Shown one piece after another: positions 26,601 through 40,467 of a stretch of 64,000 nucleotides of DNA. The position numbers and the translations under genes are program-made. The stretch's first letter is position 1; each line of letters starts with the position of its first letter. The stretch lies in assembly GCA_012295275.1 (NCBI GenBank), contig CM022672.1:27280001-27344000 (forward strand), read 5' to 3'. Source of the DNA: Chrysomallon squamiferum (taxonomy: Eukaryota; Animalia; Mollusca). The notes beneath the pieces were generated by a model. That model saw only the letters and a list, made by a program, of their open reading frames with translations, searched no databases and was not told the DNA's origin.

Positions 26601-28705
26601 TGCCTTATAAAGAAATAATGTAAATACAGTATACATATTGTTATGTCTTTTCTTCAAATTATTGGGTTGAAACAAAAGTAAATAGCCTTTTTTAAATGAA
26701 AGTCAAACACAATATTTACATATTCGATTGATTGAGCCACATATGTGCATTTTGTTTCACTACCTTTCACCATCTTTGAGTCAGCTTCCTGATTCCATCC
26801 TTCCAGAACTTGGCATCTTTTCTGGGTGATAAACACTGCAAACCTTTGTTCAAACACAAATAGTAGCACCTGGTCTGATCTGTCAGTGCTATACATTCAC
26901 ATTATTATCTTTGGTGAAGTTTCTGAAGATTCATTTAATTCAAAACATTGTGAGTAGATGAAGCATTATCTAAAATAGTATTGTCATTTCTTTCATGACG
27001 AGGGACAAAAGAGTTATCAGTTTTAACCAATACTGGATGGAACAATGACTTGTTCCTAAGATATTTCTGTTTCATATATGTCTCACAATTACTCCATATT
27101 GCCAGCAAAATATATATTTTATTGCAGTCTCAGACGGTTTGGAATTCACATAGAACAGGAGAACCAATAAAACCAAATCAGCTGCGGGTTGTTGTGGATA
27201 CGATGCTACAAGGTCTGGGCCGTCATCTACGAAGTTGTGGGGTTGACGTGCGCATTTTAGAAAATAACGAAGATCATGACAAAACTGTTCAGGTAATAAT
27301 TAGTTCTGAGCTAAATCTTAATCTATCAAAACAAAATTTTTCCAACATATTCTCCCTGGCTCCAATAGGAAACAATGCAAATGGATATGTGCGTGTAAAA
27401 GATTTATAGATTGTAATTAGAATAGGTTTTTGTCTTTCTTTATTTCAAACTGTAATATGAGACACTTATGAATGTAATAAACAGATAAGACCATGCTGTT
27501 TCATTTGGTTTCTGTGCTTTTGTTTTACTTTTTTTTTTTTTTTTCATAGATTTGCCTCAGAGAAGGAAGAATTGTCCTAAGCAGTGGAAAACCTTATGCA
27601 ATGGTATGTCATAATTAACCACAGACATTCACAGAAAATAAAAAAAAGTTTCACCTGAAACATTTTTTTGTTTATTTTATAAACGAATGTTTTATTAATT
27701 TCAGATTTGTGCCCGTGTAACACCAGACATGTGTTACAACGTTCAAACAGAAAAAGCTCGAGAACAAGCTGCCGAAGTTTTACATCATTTTAATGTCAGA
27801 GTCACACCACAAGATATTTTTAGTCGTTGTCAGGTAACAGTGATGTTTTTTTTGTTTTTTTATTCTGTTCTATTAGTGGTTTTCCTACTTAAATTTAATA
27901 ATTAAATAAATTTAAAAATAAAAATAATAAAAATGTAAAAGCAACATATTATTAATTACCTAATTCTCTTGTAACTTCTGTCATTTTCACATGGACCATT
28001 ATAATATTTAAAAACTTTATTTTTTGCAAAGGTTTTACTTGTAACGGATGAAAACAATTAGAAACACTTAACAAGGATTTAGACCAACAATTTGAACAAG
28101 GTAATAATTTCACATGGAACAATAATATATACAAAAACAAACACTGAAAGCTTTGGAGGAATAAGACAAGTAGTTTTATATTATCTGTTTTGGTAATGGG
28201 CATGAAATTATGTTTCGATGTAATAATGTAATTTAATCTAATACTTTTATTTTGTTGTTTTATTCAATTTGAAAGATTTTAATTATTATTATTATTACTA
28301 AAAATATATATATATTTTTTTTTTTTAAATTAGGTCTGTAATGGTGATAGTTACATCAAAATTCCAGGTTCAGATCTTAAGCTGCTATATCAAAGACATA
28401 ATCAGTTAAAGAAGGGAAAGAACTCTGCAGAAATGAGCCACACTGTTCCAGATTTTGAATCACAGTTTCTTCGAGACTATGGAATAGTGTTGTCATCTGT
28501 GAAAATTGCAGGCAGTGGAGCATTACTTCAGGTGGACAGTGTTCCTGAACCAATGTTTAATAAAATTGATTCATTTTTTTGCTGTGCCAAATGTGGAAAG
28601 GTATTCTGGGAAGGATCGCACTTTACTCGAGTCTGTGACCAGTTCAAGCATGTACTTTATGTAAATGATGGGAAAACCTTTTATAACAGTCAAATGAAAG
28701 AATAA
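18972..28705 (+). CDS. EXD3: Exonuclease mut-7 homolog / Nibbler (DEDDy 3'-5' exonuclease plus Mut7-C domain), ~926 aa, 17 coding exons
   Basis: Exons 18972-19523, 19708-19761, 20318-20457, 20871-20968, 21593-21666, 22019-22057, 22313-22470, 23264-23447, 24243-24304, 24498-24634, 24986-25095, 25658-25937, 26259-26431, 27128-27292, 27550-27603, 27705-27833 and 28334-28705 total 2781 nt. Motifs: ExoI IIGVDSEWRP, ALIQLA, ExoII KLGFGFEGDL, ExoIII SDWERRPL..EQVIYAALDA. Mut7-C: VVDTMLQGLGRHLRSCGVD, FSRCQVCN, CCAKCGKVFWEGSH. Confidence 0.95.
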
Positions 28706-29533
28706 TAAAAATGTAATTTTTTTTTCTTTTTTTTAAATGACTTTAGTGAATTTTAGTTGTTTTTTGTTAGTTTTTAAAGTTTTAAAAGGAAAATATTTAT
28801 AAGTTTGATGATGAACATATCTTACTGACATTTTATAGAAAATCTCATCTTTTTTTATTTTTAAAAACCAAAAGAAAAGGTAACTTTGTATATAACTTAT
28901 GTTAACAGCAGAGACTGACTTTCATTTATGACTGACCATTCTGAAATAAATTTCATAACAAGAATTGTTGTTCATTTTCTTTCTTTGATTATTTATTTAT
29001 TTATTTTTTGTCATATTTATTAGAATTAAATCAATTTAATTTGAAATTATTGTAATAAATATTTCATTTACATGAATTTAATTATTTCAAAAACAATGAA
29101 AGTTCTTTGATAAAATCAAATGCTGATATTTAAAATCAGTTATGTTTGAAACTGTGTTCATAGCATATAAACAAATTCTATCTTTTAAAGTATATTCTAA
29201 CAGAGTATGTTTACTTGCTCACTAAACTATATTAGATAATATAATTAACCTATTTCAAATTTTGTATTTTTATTATAACATGTGATCTGTTACGTAAGAC
29301 CATTGTTAGTTTTGTGACAGCTTTATATCAGATAAATTTAGATTTATCAGAAACATTCTGCTTTTATGTATGTGACTACCAAACAAGCTTATCTTGTTTG
29401 TTTGTGTATTCTTGTGTTTCCATTTCAAACATAGTATGTAAAATTAACCAAACTGAGACAGCATAGCTCTAATACGGTAAATAGATATCACTGAAATGGT
29501 AATATATCACCACAATTATCTCAATTACAATTA

Positions 29534-29571
<38 letters not shown>

Positions 29572-29939
29572 AAAAATAAAAATAAAAACAATTGCAAAAA
29601 TTAAATATCTAGCGATCTGTTTAGGAAACGGGACCATATCAATACATGGCCAGCACCCTTGGTTATCTGGTATTGTATTCCATGGCTTCATTCCACAACT
29701 TCTTTCTTTCACTTCACCCTGATACAGTGCACTTATAGAGAATGTATTAATAACCAAAACGGATACATAAATCCATAGTGGGTTTTTTAATTTTTATGTA
29801 TTTATTTATTTATTTTCTGTTGTGAATCATTTTCATTTATTTATTTTGGGGTTATTTAAAGTTTCATACTTAATATAAAAATTATCAAATTGTCAAGTAT
29901 TAATATTGTTTTTCTTGAAGATGTGGATGCATGTGCTGG

Positions 29940-29980
<41 letters not shown>

Positions 29981-30249
29981 TTATGTTTATTTATTTTATA
30001 TTTTTAATATGTGAGATTGTATGCGTCTTGAAACACAATGATTATAATCAAAATGTCACCGCGTTTATGACAAATACTTTTAGACAGGATGTGTAACTAG
30101 AAAATAAATGAAGGGAGAGTACTCTAATTTAAAGAAATTTAACACATGCGCAAATTATATGGGTCGAAAAAAAAGAGCTGACAACATAGTACACGTTGCG
30201 ATAAGTTTATTTACAGACATATCATGAGTTGACAAAATTATTAAAAACT

Positions 30250-32699
30250 ATGGGGCAGATAATTAGTGCAAACGCTAGTGCTGCCCAACTGCACGAATCA
30301 GGTGTTCCAGAAGAAAAGGCAGCATGGTGGTGTCGCATGCTTGCTCGTGGAATCGGCATAATTGGTGGTTTAGGTATTTTTTTATTTCATATTATTTATT
30401 TATGTTACTGTTAGGTATACGATATCAGTGCATGTGCATAAAATGTAATTTTTACATACATCCAGTGACTGACGACTCGTCCCCGTCTTTTATCTTTTAT
30501 TTTATTTTCATGACAGCGTAAGCCATAAAGGATGTGTATAATTTTAAGTACCTTTAATTTTTTAAATATGAGTGTAATTCTGTAATTTTAATTTATATTT
30601 ATAATGATGAATACATTTGATTTTCTGTATAATGTATTGATTAATATATTTCAGTTAATTTAAATTTGATAAATTTATTGCAATATATATGAATACGTCA
30701 TCTACCCTAAGCCTGCAGTTTGGAAAAACTGACCATTATTCATTTTGATATCAGAAATAATTGATGAATTATACAATTTGTAGTTATCAGTACAATTTTG
30801 AGTCAAAGGATGAAAGGCAGAAAAAGTTACTGAAATTACTTTTCTTTTCATTTTCAGTTGCAATGATAACAGGATTTATATCTCTAATAACATTTACTCC
30901 TCTCTGTTTGGTAGCTGGGATATTGTTAATGTGAGTATCAAGGATTACATTTTAAAAAACAAAAAGACTATGATAATAATTTCTTTAACTTTATAACTGA
31001 CTGTTTTGCAATTACGTGGTTTAACTGATTTTCCTAATTTCAGTCATTTTACAAATTGGAAGAATGTAAAGCCCATTATTCTTCTGCAGTCCATAGCAGT
31101 TAACAAGGCTAACACTATAAATATACTCAGTGGCCAGATTCATGCAGTTTCTTCCTCCATAGATTAATTATGTAAAATGTATTACTTGCCGTTCAAACAA
31201 AACTACAACTTTGTCAGATATATATAAATTTATGTTTGAAAAGTTCCCAGAATTTTGATGTTTGAAAATGTATGTGTATTTTTATTAGTAGTAGTAGTAT
31301 TATTATTATTATTTTTTTTTATATATATATATACATTTGTACACAATTTTATTGTTTTTATTTAATGCAGTATTGATTTCTGATTATGGCAACATTCCCA
31401 AGATAATATATATTACAAAATAGTTAGAAATTTACAATATTTTCTTTTTTGTAAACGTACCTTGTTAGAATTTTTATTTAATTCTCAATTCTCCTGGAAA
31501 TATTATTTTTTGGTTTATTTAATTTTTTTGCCCTTTGATCTAGGCTTCTTGGATTCTTCGTAGTTCTCCTAGAAGCTCCTTGCTGTTGCTCATTCCTTGA
31601 TTTCATTCAACCAATTACACGCTTCTCGGAGAACCGTCCTTACTATCAAAAGGCAGTAATATATGGAGTGTAAGTATAGTTTTGTAGAAATCAAACTTGG
31701 TTTTTCATCTTGAATTTATTCTTGAAAAACAGAAGTTAAATGTAAGTGGGCAATTTTTCCTAACACTAAAAAGGGTTTATCACATACTGCATCTAGTTGA
31801 TTTTTAATCTGGTTTTTTTGCTCCAGTTATTTAACAGGCATACTGATGCTTGTGCATTTCCATCCTTCTTCTCAGATTATAAAAATCACATATTTTAAAG
31901 AAATGCACATTAATTTTTATAAGAAATTTGGTGTTAATTGAATTCAGCTATCTTTTTCATTTTTTTTCTTCTTTACAGACCTTCAATTCTACCAGTTGCT
32001 CTCTGTTTCACCCTGACCACATTATTTGGCTGTGGCCTTGTTTTTGCATCAGCTACTTTTTACATGATGATGGCAGTGGGCAACAAGTATGTATGCAGTC
32101 ATATGTCTGATATGATGCAGAAAATTTTATATTTTACTGTAATGCTTTTAAAATTTCAGTTATCATTATGCAGCCGTTCCATTCATTTCTTATCTTCAGA
32201 AATTAATTCTGTTTATATCATTGCATGTGCTTAAACTTCAGTGACACAAAATGTATTTTTTTATTCTTTTTATACATATTCAGTGTTGACAATTGACCTT
32301 TTTTTGGTGAATGACAGCATGAGACCCAAAGAAAGTGCATATTAGATGCATTTAATTTTCACCATTTAATATTTTACTGTAATTCGTGTAAAATTTCAGT
32401 TATTAGTACATAGCTAATTACTTCATTACTTATCTTCAAATATTAATTTCCACAGAACTAATTAAATATACCATTCGCTTAGTACAGAAGTGCTTCTCTT
32501 CCTTTTTTTTTTTTCATTTAATTGGCCTTGTTTTTAAATGTATTTATTTATTGCCTTTTCTAAATATTTAAATTTAAAATAAAAATCATTTTTGTTTTAC
32601 AGAGCTGACAAAGAGACCATGGCACAGCGAGCAAGAGGGAATGACATGGAAATGAAATCTGACCTAATCAATAATGAAATTAAAGCTGACACGCTGTGA
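30250..32699 (+). CDS. CACFD1: Calcium channel flower homolog (175 aa, 5 exons)
   Basis: Exons 30250-30373, 30858-30930, 31544-31669, 31979-32086 and 32603-32699 total 528 nt. WWCRMLARGIG, PLCLVAGILLM, LLEAPCCCSFLDF, YQKAVIYG, PVALCFTLTTLFG and AVGNKAD match Flower-family motifs (WWYRWL, EAPFCCQFIEF, WQKAVFY, LTLTTLLG, ALGKKGD). Confidence 0.92.
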
Positions 32700-35304
32700 C
32701 GTCATAATCTGTCATTAACAATGTTTAGATGGTTAATTTGATGTCAGTTTAACAAGCAAAGAATGATCAGTATCATCATCAAAATACATTTATTAAATAT
32801 TATTTACTAAAGAATTAAAATCAAGTACAAGTATTACATCATTCAGTTGCTAGAAGTTTTGCTTAGTTAATTTAATTTAGTAAACATGGCTAATATATCA
32901 TCATTGGTGCACATGATAGTAATTAAGAAGTAAAGTAAAATGAAATTTATGATATGCAGTAAAATTTATTGTCTGATAAATACAAATATGACTAGAGTAT
33001 CATCAGCATGCATATTATTTATTATTAGACTGTACTTAATGTATCATGTTTGTTGTAACTATGGAAAAACTATTGTTGAAAGTTTTAACAGGGTAACTGC
33101 ATGTTAGTAAAAATAAATATTTGATTTCATAATAGCTTATCACTTACAGCTTATAGCTTATTTTAACAATAATGAGTACATTTTTGACAAATTATCTCCC
33201 ACCAGAAGTATCATCTGCTGTTACTGGTTAAACTTAACTTTTTCTGGAAGCATTAAAATGGAATCAGAATTCTTTATTTTTAACTGAATCTGAAATTATC
33301 TAAAATCAATTTAATGGTAAAAAAAGAAAATGAATGAGACTGGTGATTTCTTAATTATGTTTGTAGTCCTTGTTTTATTACTTTTTATTTTTTATTTGAT
33401 TGATCGATTGATTTTTATTATTTATTTATACATTTTGTTAAATTTTGAATGTTGTTTGGGGTTTTTAAATTAATTTTTCTTTCTCTATTTATTTGTTTTT
33501 ATAAACTGTCCATTATTTTTTAATGAGACACTCTTTGCAGTGTTATATTGGTACCAGAAATAAATATCTCCTCATCTTAATATTCATTGAAAAGGTACAG
33601 GCTTTTAGTAGATAATAATAAATTACATACTATTACTGTGACACTGAAGGCTGTTATATCTGCCAAAACAGCACCTCTCAATGTGCATATATCAGTATAT
33701 GTTATTACAGACAAATATTTATTTATTTAGTTTTCATTTATATTTTATTCTTTTTTTTAAACTCATTTAATTGAAATTGCCATAGTTAAAATTTATATTG
33801 TAAACCTTGTTAGCTGTAAAATAAAAAATGGCATCGTAAAATGGAAGGCTGTTGTAATTTAAGGGAGAGCATTATATCTTATATTTATTCTTTTAACTGT
33901 TTTAGTGAGATGTATGTTTTGTGGTTATAATTTTATGACAAATGTATTTTTATTTAGAATTAATGAACTGATGTCATATTTCTTCCAAATAAATGTACAG
34001 CACTCTTTTATGCAAGAAATTATTTACTGATTACAAAGACACTGTCTTGCTTAAAACCATTCCATGGAAAATGTTTTTGACTTTTAATGATAATGTTACG
34101 ATGTTTGGTGGGTTTTTTTGGGGGGGGGTTCCAGACCATGACATAATTTATTTTTTATATGTGCTGAAGACTGCAGTTGTTTGTACAAATACAGCATTGT
34201 TCAGTTTTCTTAATATGTGAAGCAAATAGCATCATGGATTTTTTTTTCTGTGTCACAAATAAAGCATAAACTATCCACATTTTTTTGGACAGTAAAATAT
34301 TTATGGATTTTTTCCTTGTTTTACTCAAGCATTACTTTACTGAATGGAGATCTGAACATTTCTTTAAGGTACAATATATGGAATGTACATATTCTTTATA
34401 ATTATTTTCTTCAGTGATTTACTTCACTTTTTAACTTATTTATTTGTTAATTTTTTATTTTAGTAATTTTAACCCTGTTTTTGAAGGTTAGTCATATTTC
34501 TTTAGAAGTTTTCTATTTTAATAATAATAATTTTGGTCAACAAAATATGTTGAAAAGCTATAGGTAAAACAGTAGTTTTGATTTTGATGAATTGCTTTAT
34601 TATTATTCTTATATACTTCTCAGAGTTAAGTTTCAGATATTGTTATCAAACTATTAAAACTGAAATTTACACACAAACCATGCAGTTTTTAATGTATGAA
34701 GAGGAGGTCAAAACTTGTAAATGTTCACATACCAGCATTGTGTACATACTTGATGTATTTAATGTATTCGTGTGCAATAACATTTCATTTTGTCTTCATT
34801 ATGTCCTTGCCTGTACTTATTTGGTGTCTGTCATTAAGTGTTCATAATTGTGAAAACGAGAATGTTTATGTTGTGGGAACTGTAGAAGCTAGTGATACTT
34901 GGTAACATTGTAAATGACAATCTCACTATGTTAGTTGTAACGATTATGTGATAGATTAAAATGTATCTGTATTATCTTTAAAACTAATCAAGTAATTATT
35001 GTATTTTTTAAAAAAGAATAGATGTCTAGTTATCTGTTTATGGTTTGGTATAAATTCATACTGATGGTGTAGACATTAAAATTTTACACTAGATGCCAAA
35101 TTCTAAGTAGCATTAAGTATTACTGATTTCTGTATGTGTGATTTGGAATAAATTCACTTTGTGGGTGTCGTATCTTTTGTAGATGCCTTTGTTAATAAAA
35201 TAAAAAAAAATAACCATCGTATGATTTTGTTGTTTTCTTTCCTTCTTTTAATCAAGTACACAGTTGTCTTCCTTCTGTAACCCAGTGTTTGAAATCTGAG
35301 GCAT

Positions 35305-36136
35305 GTTCTGGTTTCCATCAGAATTTTTCCATGAAGTTGCTCAGTTCAGCATTAGTTTTCCATAAGTAATTCTTGAAGGCCTGGAAGATTCCATTTTTTC
35401 ACAGACTGATTTTTGTGTCTTCTTACTCTATAGCACATGAAGCTGGTAACATCCGTTAACTGGTATGGAGATATGAAAGTGTCTGTCTACACAATGGCAA
35501 TTCAGATGTTGGTTTTATGCTTGGTGTTCAGCCATGTTGTCATCTGGGGCAGTGAAATGGCAGATTCTGCTGCCAAATCAGCTTTAGATTTGCCTCGTGT
35601 AAAAAAGGTGGTGTGCAATATAATGCTTTTAAACACCAAAGTCACCAATATATTTTTTCCATTTGGCAAAATGATCTGAACTGTTCAGCTGCAAACAATT
35701 TTCATTTTATCAAGTCAGTGCTCTAGACTGGCAGGCATTGCAGAAAGGATGAGATGGTCGTGTGTCATATTCACACCAGTCCTATAGCTATTTGACCCAT
35801 TCATTTATCCTGAAGAAGGATCATCCACCTCAATGTGAACTCTCAATGTACTCTGACAGTACACCACATTTTGGCAGATTGCCATCATCTTAGATATATT
35901 TGGTCAAATAAATATTATGAATTCATTTTGATTCCATTCAGAGCTTTTTGAGAATTATACAGTATTACTATAAATTTTAATTTAATACTGTATTACTTCT
36001 TTTTTTTTGCACAGCTGTTTACATTTTTAAAATTAATTTATTTGTATTATTAAATACACATTTTACTCTATATTCTTTGTTTGACATCCAATAGCCGAGG
36101 GATTTTTCGTGCTAGGGTGTTGTTAAACATTCATTC
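35305..36136 (+). mobile_element. 5'-truncated, decayed I-group/Nimb-like LINE: RNase H, CCHC knuckle, 3'UTR and (CATT)n tail
   Basis: Frameshifted pieces read FTD*FLCLLTL*HMKL, HPLTGMEI, LCLVFSHVVIWGSEMADSAAKSALDLP (cf. RNase H WVPSHVGI.GNE.AD.AAK), QYIFSIWQND, RKDEMVVC, LTHSFILKKDHPPQCE and QCTLTVHHILADC. The element ends ...gtgttgttaaacattcattc. Confidence 0.85.
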
Positions 36137-36523
36137 TGTAAGCAAGATTTGTCTCGTAATTAAACTCGGGAAAATTATGTAACCATATATTTAGTCATAA
36201 TAGTTATAAAGTAAGGGCGAGTGACAGAAAACATCTCTTGAATAAATATTTCATGTTGTATTTTATTTTAAAATTAAATATTCTCAGCTGGGTATTTGAT
36301 ATCTAGTTTTATAATGTGCAGCAGATTTTTAATTTTAATTGTAAACAAATTTAATAAATTACTGATTTATTCAGTTTTGTGTTCAAATATTCATTCGTCC
36401 ATTCTCTACATCTAATAAGGCACATTGTGAATTCGAAATTCATTTTTTCGCAAAAACAGCATTTGATATTTTCTTGTGACATTAATAACTTGTTTCTCAT
36501 GTTGTTGTATTGGTTTAAAACTC

Positions 36524-36555
<32 letters not shown>

Positions 36556-37644
36556 TTATATTTTTAATTACTATACGATTCACTTAACTGCAATTAATAA
36601 ACGTCACATGAAATACAAATGTTCTGTTGGTAACTACCGCCGATACTAGTACGTTATGAATTTGATAACGTGTGCTTTTTCACCTCTCACATTTTTTTCT
36701 TTTGCAATTACGAATTACTACCGTACAAAGACGAACTCTTAATAGTGACCCGAAATACCTCAGTACTTGTGGACCTAGCTGTGTGATAAAATCACATTTG
36801 TCGTTGTTACTTAGTTTACAATGTCCTTAATGGCGCACCACCTTCTGAATTAGTGTAAAAATAAAAACCTTTTTAATGTCTTAGAACACAGATTTCTCCA
36901 TCGTATTTCTCGAAGTATTTTTAATTTCCCGAAAAAATAAAAATACCTTCAAAATTCCACTTCCAAAAGTAGTTTTTCATATAGTTTTAAATTTATTTGT
37001 CCAAAATATTATCAAACCTTCAGACCGACAACATTTTTTTAGCTTCCATAAAATTCATCAGATTTGGCGGTATGGAATGTGATCAAATACTGCAATTTGA
37101 TTGGATGTTATTTTTTATTTATTATTTTATATTAATACTATTTGGGGTTTTTATGGGGTTTTTGTTGTTGTTGTTGTTTGTTTGTTGTTTGTTTTTTTTT
37201 TTTTTTTTTTTTTTTTTTTTCATTCTACCTAAGTGAATTTGTAGCCTAAGTAAATCATTTTGGAACATTTGAGAATCAAAAAAAAAAAAAAAAAAAATCG
37301 AGTATCTTGAGGTGGCATCAATTTCTCATTTTTATTTTAACTAAAAACATTATGGCGTGATCAATGACACTTTTAATCAAATATTTGAAGCATGTTACTG
37401 TTACATTCATAATAATGTTGTCGGTAAAATAAAAATTAAATGGTTTTCACCAGAGTTTTGCTAAGTGATTCTTTTAATTTGTTTCTCTTGATAACCATAT
37501 AAATAAGAGCTTACCTTTTCTGCTGCTTAAGATTTAAATAATAATAACAGTTTGCTAGCCGAAGATATTACTTATAAATTAAATACAATAGTAATTTTCT
37601 GCTTTGTAATTCATTTCCGATCCGCTGAATGATGTTATTAAACG

Positions 37645-37652
37645 TGACGTCA
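37645..37652. promoter_or_regulatory. Full CRE palindrome TGACGTCA ~40 bp upstream of the F-box ATG
   Basis: Exact match. Function inferred only. Confidence 0.35.
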
Positions 37653-37692
37653 TTTCATTATGACATCATTCTTTGCTAGCAAATATGAACAG

Positions 37693-39227
37693 ATGGATAA
37701 TGACGGTAAGAACAGGATACATTTTTTGTTGTGTGAAATACTGGAACACATTATTTATTCTTTCAAACGAACATGTAATAATATTATATATTTTGTTTAA
37801 CTTCAGTCAATATTTTATTATTAATGATTATTACATCTAGTTTTTATATAATAATATAAATATACCTTTTCTAAAATTCTATTTCCTTCTGCTTATTTAT
37901 AAAAAGATATTAAATGCAACTGTTTATTTATATAATATATTAATAATAATAATAATAATAATAAAAATCTTAAAAATTCGTTCATAAACATAAATAACGT
38001 AATGTCCTACTTATCTACATAAATGTCAAAATAAATAAATAAGCAAGTAAATAAATGAATAAATATTTTACAGCGTCCGCATGTCCTATTCTGAAATTAC
38101 CTGACTGGGCTTTGTTTTTGATATTTCGTCACATCCCTCAGGATTCTAATTTACTAGCTGTAAAATGTACCTGTCACCGATTCAACTTGCTCTTCTACGA
38201 CGTCACCTTCTGGATCCGCAATGAGCTGGTTATCAGATCTCACTATGTCGACTCCATCGTCCAGAATATCCTTCACTATTCGTGGAACTCTCTTCAGCGA
38301 GTCGACTTGGCCACATGTTCGAGCATACGCGAAACCGACATTTTAACAATCATTGTGAAATGCAGACACATCCGGAGCATGGCGCTGTCGTACTGCGTCA
38401 GCGAGAACGCGCTGCTGTACACGGCGGTGTACGCGACGCGCCTCGCCGAGCTCGATATTTCAGGATGTTGCTCGGCAACCACTACCTTTGTTCTGGCGGT
38501 TTTAGAGAGACACGGAAACTCCCTTCAGAAACTCATTCTTTCTGACTGCATGGGTTTACGTAAAGGAAACGAGTTCGATGAAATGGTGGAAAAGTTAGCA
38601 AAGTGCGTCAACATACGGGTACTGGACATCAGCTGGACAAAAAAAAGCTACACGGCCTGCCCATTCCACGAACGGCATTTAATCTGTATTGTTCAGGGCT
38701 GCAAATCTCTCATATCATTGCACATATCTGGAGGTTTCGTCACGTCGGCTGTCATTTCAACTTTGACGAAGAACAGTCCGAATATTATATCGCTGTCGCT
38801 TGCAAGAACATGTCTGGAAGACTCAGATATTGTCCGGTTAACGAAATTCTGCAAGAAGATCCAGTATCTTGATCTGTCTTCGTGCACAATGATCACGTCA
38901 AAAGGATTTGACAGTCTGGGAGGCTTAAAGTGTCTGAATCGACTTGTTCTCAATAATTGCATTCAGCTCAAGGGAGACTCGTTGGGCTACATTCTGAACA
39001 AAGTTCCCAGCATACAGCATCTTGAACTAGCGTGCTGTCTTGGTCTTGTGGATGCGGATTTCAGTCAGCAGATGTTTTCAAATCTGAAATCCATATGCAT
39101 CAACCAAACTCATTTGACTCAGGATTTTGTCTCTGAGTTTATGAAGAGAAAAACATCAGCGGTCATTACTTGCAAGAATTGTTTTAATATAGAAAGAGAG
39201 GTCTATGCTGTCATAAAAGAGGTTTAG
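37693..39227 (+). CDS. F-box/leucine-rich-repeat protein (FBXL-like), ~388 aa
   Basis: Tiny exon ATG GAT AAT GAC G|gtaaga (37693-37705, phase 1) joins the acceptor at 38074 in frame. F-box ILKLPDWALFLIFRHI...VKCTCHRF...FW is followed by cysteine-containing LRRs (LQRVDLATC, LAELDISGC, LQKLILSDC, IQYLDLSSC, LNRLVLNNC, IQHLELACC). Confidence 0.9.
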
Positions 39228-39562
39228 TCCGAAACACTTCATTGAAATGTCCAGATGATATAATAGATATTTAGCGAACAAGCAATTTAAATGAAAGGGT
39301 CTTTAGGCAACTTTATATATATATAATTTTTTTTTTTTTTTTCAATGTAAATCCAAACAAAATCTATGAAATGTGTAGTTCAGTCTTTCATTTGGGTTGC
39401 GAAAATCCAGACATACGGTATTCGTTCCAAAGAATGTTGAAACCTTAAAGAGGATTCGGTTAAAAAAATATATAATAATAATACTTATGATTAAGTTTGG
39501 TTTCAAATGTCAGAGATGTTTTAAAACAGAGTTTCTTCGTTTTGTCATAATTCATTTTAAAA

Positions 39563-39594
<32 letters not shown>

Positions 39595-40364
39595 CATTAA
39601 TTCTGGAACATTTCATGACGATTTTTATATTATTCACGTGTTCATATTTTATATATAAATTCAAGTTCGTTTATCTTCTTTTCTTTTTGCAAATATATTC
39701 AAGTTTATGCTGTATGACAGTTTTTGTATATGACTTCAATGATAATTATAATGTTTTTATTTTTATTACAATTATTATTATTATTTTTAATAAAAAGAAA
39801 AACGTGCAAACCACATTTTATGATTGTAGAGCACAAATAAATAAAGAATTTGCTTGATTCCGTTTGGTATTCGTTTTCCCAGTTAAGGAGATAACAAATG
39901 AGTGTTTGTGTTATGTATGCAAATTGCATGTTTAATTGTAGTTATATTTTGTATGTAGTTATAATATACATGTATATAACAATATATTTTGTAAATATGT
40001 TCATTAAAATATCTTTTTACAAATGTTGTTGTTGACGTTCAAACTTATGATGATTTTTTAAACAAAATCTTAACCTACAAATATACAAATGTAACGAAAG
40101 TTCTGTCCATCTTTTTTTAAGGCTCAGGAAAAGAATAAAACTTGATATCTGATTTATTTAATGAAGAGCTTTTTAATATCACGTTCATAAAATTCCTTGG
40201 GTTTTAACTATATATTTACTACAAAAAAAAAAAAAAAAAAAAAAAAAAACCAGACAGAACTTTCGTTACAACCTGATAATTTATTTGTAATTAACCTCAC
40301 TTCATCTTGAAATTTATACCAGCACAATGGTGCCAATATGTTTTTAGAAATTGTGGTTCCTTCA

Positions 40365-40467
<103 letters not shown>

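Noticed and set aside
26654-26900. H/ACA snoRNA or nested ORF in EXD3 intron 13 (similar hairpin-ACA pattern at ~5995-6122)
   Set aside because: Hairpins are too short or irregular and the H/ACA boxes are low-information matches. The ORF has no recognisable motif.
38282-38962. Overlapping or antisense ORFs within the F-box gene (and 42163-42465, 42994-43380 opposite the orphan gene)
   Set aside because: Expected shadows of GC-richer coding sequence, with no motif support.
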